Part shown: positions 47,391 through 57,675 of the stretch, one piece after another
Numbering within the stretch: position 1 is the first letter of the stretch
Layout: every line of letters begins with the position of its first letter
Assembly (NCBI GenBank): GCA_965204735.1
Contig: OZ242008.1
Span: 2,944,001 to 3,008,000, forward strand
Length of the DNA: 64,000 nucleotides
DNA from: Longimicrobiales bacterium
GTDB lineage: Bacteria > Gemmatimonadota > Gemmatimonadetes > Longimicrobiales > Gaopeijiaceae
Direction: 5' to 3'
The notes under the pieces: generated by a model
What the model saw: the letters and a program-made list of their open reading frames with translations, nothing else
Databases searched by the model: none
Told to the model about the DNA's origin: nothing
Position numbers and translations under genes: made by a program

Positions 47391-47942
47391 ATGGCCTCTT
47401 CCCGGATGGTCCCACTCGGTTCCCCGGCGCCCGAGTTCGCGGCGGTTCACACGATCGAGTTCGCCGACACCGACGCTGCCGGACTCCTACACTTCTCCGC
47501 CTACTTCCGTCTGATGGAAGCCACCGAGCACGCCTTCTACAGGTCGCTGGGCGGCACCGGCTTCGCCGAGGACGGAGGGGCAAGGCGCGGAATGCCACGA
47601 GTTTCGGCCTCGTGCGACTTTCTGCGGCCCGTCCGCTTCGAGGACGAAGTGGAGGTGCTCTTGCGGGTGCGGAAGGCCGGCGAGCGAAAGGTCGGCTACG
47701 AGTTCGAGTTTCGGGTGCGCCCCGACCCGACGCCGGCGGCAACAGGGTCCATGATCGTCGTCCACGCGCAACGAAGCGGCGACGGGCGGTTCACGTCGGC
47801 GCCGCTGCCGCCGTTCCTGCGTGACGCCATCGCGCCTCACGGCGGGGACGACGCCGGTCCAGCAGCCCAAGCGACCGCAGCCGGCCAGGCCCCGCCCCCG
47901 TCCCCAGCCCAGTCAACCGCCTTGCCGGAGAACCCTCCATGA
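47391..47942 (+). CDS. 4HBT/YbgC-family acyl-CoA thioesterase
   Basis: FADTDAAGLLHFSAYFRLME, CDFLRPVRFED. Confidence 0.88.
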   Translation: MASSRMVPLGSPAPEFAAVHTIEFADTDAAGLLHFSAYFRLMEATEHAFYRSLGGTGFAEDGGARRGMPRVSASCDFLRPVRFEDEVEVLLRVRKAGERKVGYEFEFRVRPDPTPAATGSMIVVHAQRSGDGRFTSAPLPPFLRDAIAPHGGDDAGPAAQATAAGQAPPPSPAQSTALPENPP

Positions 47943-49219
47943 CGCCCGGAAACCGCTTCGCCCTCTTCGTTCGTTCCGTCGGCGGCGCCGGGGCCAGAGC
48001 CGTCGCGGCCGTTTCGGGCGCCGCGGCTGCATTGGCCGTTGCGGGCGCCGTGGCCTTCGCGGCCCTCTCCGTCCCCTTGGCGGGGGCTTCCGCCGCGCTG
48101 CTTCCCCAGGACGCGACGATCTCCCGGGCCGCCCCGGCCGACGCGGGCATGTCGGCGGCCGTGCTCGACGGCGGAGTCGGGCTCTACCGAGAGGCCGTGG
48201 ACCGGGGCGACCTGGTCGGCGCGGTGCTCCTGGTCGCCAAGGACGGGAAGGTCGTCCTCCACGAAGCGGTGGGGTGGCGCGACAAGGCCCGGCGACTCCC
48301 GATGGAACCCAACACCATGTTCCGCATGGCGTCCAACACGAAGCCGCCGGTGGCCACCGCGATCGCCATGCTGGTGGAGGACGGCAAGCTCCGATACGAC
48401 GACCTGGTGCGCGAGCACATGTCCAGCTGGGACAACTACCGGGCGGGCTTCGTCAACGTCGGCCACCTCCTTTCCCACTCGAGCGGCCTGCGGATACCCA
48501 CGCTCTTCCTTCAACCGTACATGGCGCCGTCCGCCGAGCATCCGGACGCTCCGACGCTCCAGCTGGAGGCTGCCCGCTTCGGCGCGGTCGGCGCCGAGGC
48601 GACGCCCGGAACCACGTACAGCTACAACAACCCGGGCTACAACACGCTGGGCGCCTTGGTGGAGATCGCGTCCGGCCAGCCGCTGGAGGAGTACCTGGAC
48701 GGGGAGTTGTACACGCCCCTGGGAATGCACGACAGCTACCACCACGAGGTGGCCGAGAAGTTGGACGGCAAGCTCGACCGGATGTCGGTCGTCTACTACC
48801 AGCGCGGCGACGACGGCGAGTGGGCGCCCGGCTGGACCCCGGGCGACCCTCCCCAGGTCCCCTTCGTCCGCGCCTCGGGCGGCATGATCTCGACCGCCCG
48901 CGACTACGCGGCCTTCTGCCAGATGTTCCTCAACGGCGGCGTCTACGACGGCAAGCGGATCGTCTCGGAGGAAGCGGTCGCGCTGACGACCTCGCCCAAG
49001 ATCAGGACGAACCCCGGCGCCGCGGGCGCGCCTTCCTACTACGGCTACGGCTGGTCCGTGTCGGAGGACGGCGTGTTCTCCCACTCGGGCTCCGACGGCA
49101 CGGCCGCCTTCGTGGACCCATCGCGCAATCTGATCGTGCTCGTGTTCACCCAGACCCCCCGGGGCGACAACCCCTTGGCCCGCTTCCGGGCGGTCGTGGA
49201 CGCGGCGATCGAGGGGTAG
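47939..49219 (+). CDS. Exported serine hydrolase (beta-lactamase class C-like family)
   Basis: SxxK (SNTK), LLSHSSG, YSYNN, HSGSDG, signal-like N-terminus. Confidence 0.9.
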   Translation: MTPGNRFALFVRSVGGAGARAVAAVSGAAAALAVAGAVAFAALSVPLAGASAALLPQDATISRAAPADAGMSAAVLDGGVGLYREAVDRGDLVGAVLLVAKDGKVVLHEAVGWRDKARRLPMEPNTMFRMASNTKPPVATAIAMLVEDGKLRYDDLVREHMSSWDNYRAGFVNVGHLLSHSSGLRIPTLFLQPYMAPSAEHPDAPTLQLEAARFGAVGAEATPGTTYSYNNPGYNTLGALVEIASGQPLEEYLDGELYTPLGMHDSYHHEVAEKLDGKLDRMSVVYYQRGDDGEWAPGWTPGDPPQVPFVRASGGMISTARDYAAFCQMFLNGGVYDGKRIVSEEAVALTTSPKIRTNPGAAGAPSYYGYGWSVSEDGVFSHSGSDGTAAFVDPSRNLIVLVFTQTPRGDNPLARFRAVVDAAIEG

Positions 49220-49255
49220 GCTGCATCGTCCGAGTTCCTACTACGGCCGGCATCG

Positions 49256-49780
49256 TCAACGCTTCAAGCGCGGATAGCTTCGACACGTCTCCCGCAGGGA
49301 AGCAGGAGCCGGCTCGCGCAGCTTCTGGTCGACATGGCACATGCGGTACAGCGCATCGGCCAGCGGTCTGCAATCGTTTTCACGAGGCAACTTCGGGTAT
49401 CTCGTTCTCTCGTCGACGTCGGTGCCAGCGAGATACCCGAACCACGTCTCGATGTTCCGTCGCGGTACGACGAAGAGGAGTTTGTCCTCCTGCGTCGGTG
49501 GGGCGACGCTCTGCTCTCGGCATTCGCGGACGAGCTGGTTCCGGCGGTTCTCCGTTGGACCGGAATCGGCGTCGATCATCACCACAAGGAAGGCGTGCTG
49601 GCGCTTGCGCACCGCCGTCAACTGCGTCGGAAAGCTTTTCCTTACCCACTGTTCGCCCGAGCCGCTCCTCGGACAGTGCAACGAAGCGACTTGCCGAGAA
49701 GTAAAGTTGCGCTTGGACAGAAAACGACGCGCAAACACGCCCATTTGACGGTCCTCGCACAGCACGACAATGCGAATCAA
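49256..49780 (-). CDS. Small TOPRIM-like protein (DUF4276/DUF4435-like)
   Basis: IVVLCED, VMIDAD (DxD), P..NIETW. TTGA overlap with the ATPase stop. Confidence 0.7.
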   Translation of the reverse strand: MIRIVVLCEDRQMGVFARRFLSKRNFTSRQVASLHCPRSGSGEQWVRKSFPTQLTAVRKRQHAFLVVMIDADSGPTENRRNQLVRECREQSVAPPTQEDKLLFVVPRRNIETWFGYLAGTDVDERTRYPKLPRENDCRPLADALYRMCHVDQKLREPAPASLRETCRSYPRLKR

Positions 49781-50892
49781 GGCTTCCGGTCCCACCCCCG
49801 AGCGATCAACTCCGACACCAGCAATGCGTCGTTGGAGGCTTCGGGCTGGTCCCTTACCCGTACAGGACCGTCGCCGTCTCGATAGAACCACTTGGCGTTC
49901 CCGTCGGCCAAGTAGTCGATCGTGGCAGGGTGATGCGAGATGACGACAGCCTGTTCCAACGTCTCTCCCAGAGCTTCCGACACGCTTGCGGCCCACGGCC
50001 GTACTTCTGTCAATGAAAGGTAGTTGTCAGGTTCGTCTACAAACAACGACATCTTCCGGTCCCCGGCAAGGTAGAGCAGCGAATACAGCGCGATCAAAGA
50101 TCGTTGCCCGTCCGAAAGCTGATGGAATGCATACCGTCTCTGGTCTCTTCCACGGCCCGATTCGCCGAAGACAGCCCGCAGGGCGCGAGCTTTCTCGCCA
50201 GACACGGCGAGGACCAGGGCATCGAAGCCAGGCAGAATCTCGGCGAGTTCCCTGAACAACCTTGCGACCCCGCCCATGTTCTCCTGTGCGGTGTGCCTGT
50301 ACCACCCGACGAAGTTGCGCATGGTGGAGTCGAGAAACTCGTCTTCCGAACGACTCTCGGACTCGAAGAGCACCGGACATGGATTCACAATCACGACATT
50401 GGCGAGTTCGCGCTTGAAGCGCGACAGCTTCTTGTTGTCCGGCCGTTCATACAGATATCCCACCCCGGACTGCGTCCAGTCGAAGGGATAACGCGGTCCC
50501 TCCGTGTGGTCGTCGCGATACAGCTGGGCCTCGCCGGCTTCGAACTTGAACAGGGGCTGGCCGTTGCAAGCAAGAGTCTCCGCGTCGATTCGCATCTTCC
50601 CGAGATCCTGACGATGACCGATTGTTAGAGCGTACTGGTACTCGGCAGCGTCGAGCGTCAAGTCCAGGGCGATTGATTGTCGGCTGGCGGTTTGTTGCAG
50701 CGAGAGATCGTCTTGGGAAAACACCTCTTCCAGCTTTCTCTTGCCGACTACCAGCTGCTGAACCTTCCGCAGCACGTCGAAGACGGTGCTCTTTCCGGTG
50801 CCGTTGCCTCCCAGAAAGATGGACGCCTCGCCCAACGACACTTCGAAGTTCGTGAGGCAGCGGAAGTTGTCTACGTAGATTCGCGTGATCAC
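49777..50892 (-). CDS. ABC/AAA_21-type ATPase (SMC/RecF-like head)
   Basis: IYVDNFRCL, GGNGTGKS, LSDGQR signature, VDEPDNYL, ISHH. GTG start at 50892. Confidence 0.88.
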   Translation of the reverse strand: MITRIYVDNFRCLTNFEVSLGEASIFLGGNGTGKSTVFDVLRKVQQLVVGKRKLEEVFSQDDLSLQQTASRQSIALDLTLDAAEYQYALTIGHRQDLGKMRIDAETLACNGQPLFKFEAGEAQLYRDDHTEGPRYPFDWTQSGVGYLYERPDNKKLSRFKRELANVVIVNPCPVLFESESRSEDEFLDSTMRNFVGWYRHTAQENMGGVARLFRELAEILPGFDALVLAVSGEKARALRAVFGESGRGRDQRRYAFHQLSDGQRSLIALYSLLYLAGDRKMSLFVDEPDNYLSLTEVRPWAASVSEALGETLEQAVVISHHPATIDYLADGNAKWFYRDGDGPVRVRDQPEASNDALLVSELIARGWDRKP

Positions 50893-51016
50893 GGTTGCCG
50901 TCCTCGGATGCGTCGTTCCCTTGCTTCGACCAGCGGATTGAAGACCACACGGGACCAATGTGGAAGATGGGAGAAGCGGGAGCACAGCGCAAGGCCGCGA
51001 TTGTCGCCGACCGTGG

Positions 51017-52795
51017 TCACTGGGCGAGAGCTCCGGGGGCGTAGTCCAGCACGCTGCACGCGCCGATCACCTCTCGGAACCGGACGGCGACCGTGGCCCC
51101 GCGGGCGTCGGTCATCTCGAGGGACTCGCCGAGCTGGAAGTGAACTGGCTGGGCGGCACCGCCGTTGACGGCCACGTTGTCGGCGTAGACGTAGAGGCGG
51201 TCGAAGCTGTCGCGGATGGGGTTCAGCCTGCCGCGCAGCCCGGGCACGTGGCCGGTTTGGTTGGGGAAGATCACGGAACCGCCGTCGGGGACGGGACGCA
51301 TTTGCACCTCCGCCGCCAGCCTGGCGCCGTCGTCCGGCCGGCAGTCGGACACGACTTGGGCAGCGAGGCCGGGGGCGGCGCAGAACACGGTCATCGGCAG
51401 CTTGGCGTACAGCTCGAAGTCGGCGTGGCCGAAGGCGTCGGTGCGCGCCTCCCGGAACGTCTTGTTGGGGTAGATCATGAGGACGTGAACGTCGCGGAGG
51501 GGTTGGCCGGTGCCAGCGTGGACGACCGCGACCCGGACGCGCACGCCGTCGGGCACGGGCGGGCTGGCGGCCGGGAGGACCAGCTTCAGCTCCCGGTCGC
51601 CGACAACCTCGAAGAGCGGCTTGCGCCCGGCCAGCGCAAACGTCTCGTCCTCGATCACGCCCACGCCCACGCCCTCGCCCCGCCGCTCGATGAAGTACAG
51701 CCGCCCGCCGGCGCCCGCCACGTCTCCGACCCGACACTGGCCCAGTCGCGACGCCAGCAGCTCGTTTCGCGTGAACTGACTCGTTCGCAAGTCCTCCACG
51801 CTCATGGAGTTGCCAAGGGCGCCGGGCGAGTAGAGCTCCAGCCGGTCGTCGAAGACAAACAGGCGCGTCTTGGAGCCGGAAACGGCGTAGTCGCGGTGGA
51901 CCAGGGCGTTGACCAGGGCTTCGAAGACGGCGCGGTCGCTGAACTGGGGCACGTCGCGACGGGCCGGCTCCTTGCGGGCGGCGACTCGGCGGTTGCGCTC
52001 GACGAACCGCACTGCGTCGCGAATCTGCTGGTCGAGGGGCCCCGCAATGTCCTGCGCGTCCAGCTGCCGGTCCCCGTCCATGCGGTCGCCGGCGTAGCAG
52101 ACCGCCTGAATGAAGGCGCTCGGCAACCAATCGCGGGGGTCCCGGCTGGCCAAGAGCACGCCTCCCACCGTCGCGCGGACCACCCCTTGGGCGTCCTCCT
52201 TGACGAACTTGAGCTTGCTCAACGCGATCTCGTCGGCGTCGCCCGTCCGCGAGCTGGCGTACCGACGCCAAAGCTTGGGGTCCAGAGTGGCTGCGCCGGT
52301 GCCGGCGACCACCTGGGTGTCCGTCGACTCGGCGTCCGAGCGGTCGCGCGCCTGAAGCAGCCGCCGGATCTCGGCCGGCCCCATGGGCCGCTTGCTGTTT
52401 CCCCGCCGCCGGAAGAATCCGCCCGGCGAACGGTGCACGGCGCGGCCCGCCGGAACCTCCACCACCAGCACCCCGTGGTCGGGCTGCTCGGGCGTCGGGA
52501 CTCGGTGAAGGCTGAAGTCCAGTGGCGGGTCGATGCTGTCGGTGCAGAGCTCGGTCACGAAGTCGGCGACCGCGTCCATCTGGTCCGGGCGAAGCGGCTG
52601 GGAGTTGCGCTGGTCGGTAACGCCGAAGACCAGGCGGCCGCCCGGGGAGTTGGCCAGCGCCGCCAGCTCGTCGGCCACGGCGGCCCGCTTCGGGGACGAC
52701 ACGCGAGCCGCCTTGAAGCGGACCTCCTTGAACTCGAGCTCCGAGTCTTCGCCGAGGCGGACCTGACGCCAGAAGTGCGCCGCGTCAATGGGCAC
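51017..52795 (-). CDS. Schlafen/AlbA_2 + HATPase_c_4 protein with an extra C-terminal beta-rich region
   Basis: GEDSELEFKE, ALANSPGG.LVFGVTD, EALVNALVHRDY, DRLELYSPG, ERRGEG, then about 150 additional aa. Confidence 0.85.
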   Translation of the reverse strand: MPIDAAHFWRQVRLGEDSELEFKEVRFKAARVSSPKRAAVADELAALANSPGGRLVFGVTDQRNSQPLRPDQMDAVADFVTELCTDSIDPPLDFSLHRVPTPEQPDHGVLVVEVPAGRAVHRSPGGFFRRRGNSKRPMGPAEIRRLLQARDRSDAESTDTQVVAGTGAATLDPKLWRRYASSRTGDADEIALSKLKFVKEDAQGVVRATVGGVLLASRDPRDWLPSAFIQAVCYAGDRMDGDRQLDAQDIAGPLDQQIRDAVRFVERNRRVAARKEPARRDVPQFSDRAVFEALVNALVHRDYAVSGSKTRLFVFDDRLELYSPGALGNSMSVEDLRTSQFTRNELLASRLGQCRVGDVAGAGGRLYFIERRGEGVGVGVIEDETFALAGRKPLFEVVGDRELKLVLPAASPPVPDGVRVRVAVVHAGTGQPLRDVHVLMIYPNKTFREARTDAFGHADFELYAKLPMTVFCAAPGLAAQVVSDCRPDDGARLAAEVQMRPVPDGGSVIFPNQTGHVPGLRGRLNPIRDSFDRLYVYADNVAVNGGAAQPVHFQLGESLEMTDARGATVAVRFREVIGACSVLDYAPGALAQ

Positions 52796-52819
52796 GGCGG
52801 CCTCCGGCAGCCGGGGACC

Positions 52820-53743
52820 TCACGAACGTTCGGCCTCCTGCCGCTTCCGCCAGTACCGGGCCAGTCCCCACCACGAGTCCGGGAAGCCGGAGGCGACCGC
52901 GTAGCTGTCGAGCATCTCGTCGGACATTTGCGGCCTGAGCTCGGCGCGCAGGCGGTCGGCAAACGCCCGGGCCTTGTCGGCGTCGGAGGCTTCGTCCTCC
53001 AGCGATTCGCGGACCCGCTCCGCCCACACAGCCAGCCGGGCCTTCAGATCGGCGAAGTGCGCTGCCGGGTCCTCGTGCACGCCGAAGTGGGCGGTGACGA
53101 CGCGCCTGGGCCGCCACGCCGTCATCCGTTCGATGCTGTCGTTCCACGCCTCCACGTCGATGTCGGGCGGCGGCGTCACGGGGAGCGTCGGACCGGCGCC
53201 GATGCGCACGCCGCCCGCGTCGCCGGCCCAAAGCGTGCCAGCCGCCTCCTCGTAGTAGGCCACGTGGTGCTTGGCGTGGCCGGGGACGTAGGCGACCTCC
53301 AGGCGCCGGCCTCCCACCTCCACCGCGTCGCCCTGGTCGACTTCGCGCAACGCACTCTCCGGGACGGGAACGACCCGCCCCCACAGCGTCTCCATGGCGT
53401 CGCCGTAGATGCGGGTCGCCGACGCCACCAGGCGCGACGGGTCCACCATGTGGGGCGCGCCCCGGGGATGGACGTACACCTTCACCTCGGGCACCTCCTC
53501 CACGATCGCTCCCGTGGCGACTGCGTGGTCCAGGTGAATGTGCGTGAGCAACACGGCGCGCACGTCGCGGAGTTCGGCGCCCAGCTCGGCCAAGCGCACA
53601 CGAAGCGTGGGCAGGCGCGCCTCCGGCCCCGGGTCCACGACCGCCACGCCGCGTTGGCCGTCCAGCTTGAGCACGCCCACGCCGATCACCGACGGGCGAC
53701 CCTCCTGGTGCAGGTCGGCGATTGCCGTCCCGTCGTCGATCAT
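52820..53743 (-). CDS. MBL-fold metallo-hydrolase
   Basis: VDPGP, THIHLDHA, PGHAKHH, AGD, AHFG. Confidence 0.92.
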   Translation of the reverse strand: MIDDGTAIADLHQEGRPSVIGVGVLKLDGQRGVAVVDPGPEARLPTLRVRLAELGAELRDVRAVLLTHIHLDHAVATGAIVEEVPEVKVYVHPRGAPHMVDPSRLVASATRIYGDAMETLWGRVVPVPESALREVDQGDAVEVGGRRLEVAYVPGHAKHHVAYYEEAAGTLWAGDAGGVRIGAGPTLPVTPPPDIDVEAWNDSIERMTAWRPRRVVTAHFGVHEDPAAHFADLKARLAVWAERVRESLEDEASDADKARAFADRLRAELRPQMSDEMLDSYAVASGFPDSWWGLARYWRKRQEAERS

Positions 53744-53802
53744 TTGCACGGGAGGATGCGGAGCAGAGGGCGATCGCGATCCGGCGCCGCCCTTCGCGCG
53801 GG

Positions 53803-55986
53803 TCACTGGGCCGCCGGCCCCTTGTGCGTTCCCCACTTCTCGAACCACTTGCGCAAGTAGAGCTGGGTGCGCATGAAGTTTGACGGCCGGGAGCTGGTGC
53901 CGTGCCACTCGCCTTGGAAGCGGATCATGACGGTGGGCACGCCCACGTAGTGCAGGGCTTGGTAGAACTCCTCGGTTTGGCCCATGGGCGTGCGCAAGTC
54001 CATCTCGCCCGTCAGCAGCATCGTCGGCGTCTTCACGTTGCCCACGTAGAAGATCGAGGAGCGGTCGATCCACTCGGCCGGGTCCTCCCAGAACGGCTTC
54101 TCGAACGTGCGCATGTAGCTGGTGGCGTCCGACGTGCCCATCGCCGACATCCAGTTGACGATGGGACAGTTTGCCGACGCCGCCGCGAACCGGTCCGTGT
54201 TGCCCACGATGTAGCTGGTCAAGATGCCGCCGCCGGAGCAGCCGTAGACGAACAAGTTGTCCTCGTCCACGTAGCCGCGGGACAGCATTTCGTCCACGCC
54301 GTTCATCAAGTCGGGAAAGTCGGCGCCCGGGTAGTCGTGGTTGATGGCGTTGGCGAAGGCGGTTCCGTAGCCCGTGCTGCCCCTGGGATTGGTGTACAAG
54401 ACCACGTACCCGTTGGCCGCATGCTCCTGGAACGCAAAGTTGAAGCTGCCGTTGTACATCGCATGGGGTCCGCCGTGGATCACCAGCATCATCGGATACT
54501 TGCGCGACGGGTCGAAGTCGGGCGGCTTCACGATCCACCCCTGCACGCGGAACCCCCCGTCCGAGTCGTACCACACTTCCTCGACTTCGCCCAGCTGCGC
54601 ATGCTCCAGGGCGTCGGCGTTGACGTCGGTCAGACGTGCGGCGCTGCCGGGGTCGGCGAGGCTGAAGCGGTAGACGTCGCCCGGCTCGTGGGCGCTGGAA
54701 ACGATTCCCACGGCCGTTCCGTCGCTCGAGAACGACGACAACGAGAACATGTGCTTGCCCTCGGTCAGCTGCGTCACGCCCCCGTCCACCGACACGAAGT
54801 GAAGCTGCCGGTAGCCGTCCCGGCTGGCGCTGAAGTAGAGGCCGCTGCCGTCGGGCGCCCACGTCATGGCGCCGGTCTGGCGGTCGTAGTCGCCGGAGAC
54901 GACGCGCGAGCCCGATCCGTCCCGGTTCATGACGTATATCTTGCGGTTTCGATAGGTGTCGCGGTGCGCGTCAATGCCCGTGTAGGCGATCAGGGAACCG
55001 TCGGGGGACGGGACGGGACCCGAGTCCTCGCCCCGCCGGCTGGTCAGCCGCCGGACGTCGCCGGTCGCCGCCGAGACGGCGTATATCTCCGATTCTTGCC
55101 AGTGCTCGGGCCGGTCCGCCTCGTCGTCGCGGAAGGAGGTGAAGTAGAGTTCGCTTCCGTCGGGGCTCCAGCGGGGAGCCGAGTGGTTCCACGCGCCGCG
55201 GGTCAGCTGGCGCGGGGTCCCGCCGTCCGCCGGCACGACGAACACGTGGGCGTACCCCGTGTCCACGTAGCCTGCCCGGTCCCGCTTGTACGCCGCGCGC
55301 TCCACGACCTTCGGCGCCGCCGTCCACTCCGCGCCTTCGGGCCGCGAGGGCAGCTCCACGCCGGCGAACTCGGCCTTGTCGTTCACCCGGCTGGTGAAGG
55401 CGATCCACTTGCCGTCGGGCGACCAGCGGGGGTTCGACGGGCCGTTCTGCAAGCGCGTGACCTGGGTCGTCGCGCCTTCCGCATCCATCCACCGCACGAA
55501 GAGCTGGGAGCCTTCGGGCTCGCCGGGGGCGGTGAAGAGGATGCGGGTGCCGTCGGGCGACCACCGGGCGCCGCCTCCGTCGGTCAGCCGGCGGTCCCGG
55601 GCGCCGTCGGCGTTCATGATCCGCAGCGACGACCTGCGACGGTCGCCGACCTTGTCGATCCAGCCCCGGGTGTACACGATCCGCTTCCCGTCCGGCGAGA
55701 TGCGCGGGTCGGACACGGTCTCCATCTCCAGGTACTGGGACAGCGCAAGGGGCTGACGGGACGATTCGGCGCGGGCGGGCGCGTCGTTCTGGCCAGGGAC
55801 CGGGGAAGCCGCGAGGGCCGAGGGCGCGTGGGCCGGGGACGCCGGGGACGCGAGGGCCGGGAACGCGAGGGCCGAGGACGCCGGGGACGCGAGGGCCGGG
55901 GGCGCCACGAGGGCCGAGGAAGCCGCGAGGGCCAGGGCGACCACGGCGGCTGGACGGGCAACGACGGACGGGCGGGCGGTGCTCAT
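53803..55986 (-). CDS. S9-family (acylaminoacyl/dipeptidyl) peptidase, exported
   Basis: PD40 repeats (WSPDG), IHGGP, NPRGSTGYG, GCSGGG, D.R.P, EWHG. ATGA overlap with the upstream gene. Confidence 0.93.
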   Translation of the reverse strand: MSTARPSVVARPAAVVALALAASSALVAPPALASPASSALAFPALASPASPAHAPSALAASPVPGQNDAPARAESSRQPLALSQYLEMETVSDPRISPDGKRIVYTRGWIDKVGDRRRSSLRIMNADGARDRRLTDGGGARWSPDGTRILFTAPGEPEGSQLFVRWMDAEGATTQVTRLQNGPSNPRWSPDGKWIAFTSRVNDKAEFAGVELPSRPEGAEWTAAPKVVERAAYKRDRAGYVDTGYAHVFVVPADGGTPRQLTRGAWNHSAPRWSPDGSELYFTSFRDDEADRPEHWQESEIYAVSAATGDVRRLTSRRGEDSGPVPSPDGSLIAYTGIDAHRDTYRNRKIYVMNRDGSGSRVVSGDYDRQTGAMTWAPDGSGLYFSASRDGYRQLHFVSVDGGVTQLTEGKHMFSLSSFSSDGTAVGIVSSAHEPGDVYRFSLADPGSAARLTDVNADALEHAQLGEVEEVWYDSDGGFRVQGWIVKPPDFDPSRKYPMMLVIHGGPHAMYNGSFNFAFQEHAANGYVVLYTNPRGSTGYGTAFANAINHDYPGADFPDLMNGVDEMLSRGYVDEDNLFVYGCSGGGILTSYIVGNTDRFAAASANCPIVNWMSAMGTSDATSYMRTFEKPFWEDPAEWIDRSSIFYVGNVKTPTMLLTGEMDLRTPMGQTEEFYQALHYVGVPTVMIRFQGEWHGTSSRPSNFMRTQLYLRKWFEKWGTHKGPAAQ

Positions 55987-57527
55987 GGCTGCTCCTGCTG
56001 GCTTGAGTTTTCGGCGGATGCGGCGGCGCTCGGGCGGCCGGCTCCCAAGGCGCTGGTGATCGCCTGACCGGGGAAGACTCCTTCGACTATTGCGCCGTCC
56101 CGCACCACCGGCACGCCTCCCACCAGCACGTGGACGAAGCCTTGGGAAGGCGTGTCGGGCGCGTCGTAGTCGGCGCGGTCGATGACGGTTCCGGCGTCGA
56201 AGACCGCGATGTCGGCGTCGGCCCCCACCTGCACGCGACCCTTGCGGGCCATCTCCGGGGCGGCGCCTTCGACCCGACGGGCCGGCAGCAGGGTCATCTT
56301 CGCAATCGCGTCCATGAGAGAGAGCGAGCCCCGGTCGCGAGAGTAGCGTCCGAGAATCCGCGCGAAGGTGCCTGCGCCCCGGGGATGGACGGCCACGTGG
56401 AGGAAGGGGATCCCGTCGCTGGCGGCAATCACGTCGGGCTGAGCCGTGATCCATTCGTTGGTCTCCTCGTTGCGCCCGTGGATGACCACCCATCCGCCCT
56501 GCTCCCTGTACTCGCGGAAGGTCCGGGCGTCCAGCCGCTCGGCCCGGCCCGGCCACTGGAGCCGCCTGTACTGGGCGTCGTCGAGCCCCTCCCACGAGTC
56601 GAAGAGGGCGGACTCGATGAAGGTGGACGACGCGGTGTAGGGGTACGCCTCGGTGGTCACGTCCACGCCCCGTTCACGGGCGCCCCGGATCATGCCCAGC
56701 GCTTCGCGGGCTTCTTCGTCGGCGCTGGAGTTGAGGTGCACGACGTGAAGCGACGCCCCGGTGGACGCGGCGTTGGCGATCACTTCCTGAAACGGGTCCA
56801 GCGCGCCGTTGTCCCCAGCCGCCCGCAGGTGGACGTAGGCCGGCACGCCCTGGGCCGCGGCCGACGCGAACAGGTCGAAGACCTCCGACCGCGACGCCCC
56901 CGGCGTGTACGTGATCCCGAAGCCGTAGCCCAGCCCCCCTTCCGCCACGCCCGCCTCCATGAGCGCGGCGAGCTCCGCGACCCGCTCCCGTTCCAGCGTC
57001 TCGTAGATGATCTCGGAGCCGAACGAAGCATTGCTCTGCCCCGGCGGCTGCGTCGGCTGATGACCGGACTCGATTCCCGCCAGCAGCTTCGCCCGAGCCC
57101 CGGGGTGGCTGACCGTCGCGCCGTAGTTGAGGAGCGCCCGACCTTCTCGCGACGCCAGCCAGGCGGCCACGGGGTAGACGCCGACCTCCATCTCCAGGGC
57201 GGTGGTTACGCCGTCCAGCGCTTGCAGGCGGTTGCTGACCGAATCCTGCCCGTGGGCGTGAAGGTCGATGAAGCCGGGCGCCACGACCAGGCCCGTCGCG
57301 TCCAGCGTGTCCCGTCCAGCTATTGCCTCTTCGCCGAGAGCGACGACGGCGCCGTCCCGGATGCCGACGTTGCGAGGCGCGTCGAGCCCGGTCTCCGGGT
57401 CCATGACGCGGCCGCCCAGGATCACGAGATCATGCGGCGAGGAGCAGGCGGCTGCGGCCAGGGCAACGGCGAAGGCGGCGAAGGTGCGACGGCGATGGGC
57501 CAAGAAGGTGCGACGGCGATGGGCCAA
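55983..57527 (-). CDS. D-aminoacylase-like amidohydrolase, probable lipoprotein
   Basis: AGGAG site before TTG 57527, AAAAC lipobox, APGFIDLHAH, EAYPYTA, ASDG, HPRGAGTF, KGRVQVGADAD. Confidence 0.88.
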   Translation of the reverse strand: MAHRRRTFLAHRRRTFAAFAVALAAAACSSPHDLVILGGRVMDPETGLDAPRNVGIRDGAVVALGEEAIAGRDTLDATGLVVAPGFIDLHAHGQDSVSNRLQALDGVTTALEMEVGVYPVAAWLASREGRALLNYGATVSHPGARAKLLAGIESGHQPTQPPGQSNASFGSEIIYETLERERVAELAALMEAGVAEGGLGYGFGITYTPGASRSEVFDLFASAAAQGVPAYVHLRAAGDNGALDPFQEVIANAASTGASLHVVHLNSSADEEAREALGMIRGARERGVDVTTEAYPYTASSTFIESALFDSWEGLDDAQYRRLQWPGRAERLDARTFREYREQGGWVVIHGRNEETNEWITAQPDVIAASDGIPFLHVAVHPRGAGTFARILGRYSRDRGSLSLMDAIAKMTLLPARRVEGAAPEMARKGRVQVGADADIAVFDAGTVIDRADYDAPDTPSQGFVHVLVGGVPVVRDGAIVEGVFPGQAITSALGAGRPSAAASAENSSQQEQP

Positions 57528-57675
57528 GGTGGCGGCTCCTGTGGGGGTACTTTGGATCGGGGCTTGGGCACAGCGGGCCAGCGGTGCGAGGCGCGAGCGG
57601 TTGGCCGGCGCCCGCCTTCCCTCCCAGAATCCATTGACGTGGCGAAGAAGGCAAGTTGCCAGGAGGCGCTTCGAG

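Noticed and set aside
47939..53743. Beta-lactam resistance calls for the serine hydrolase and the MBL-fold protein
   Set aside because: The motifs support only broad hydrolase superfamilies.
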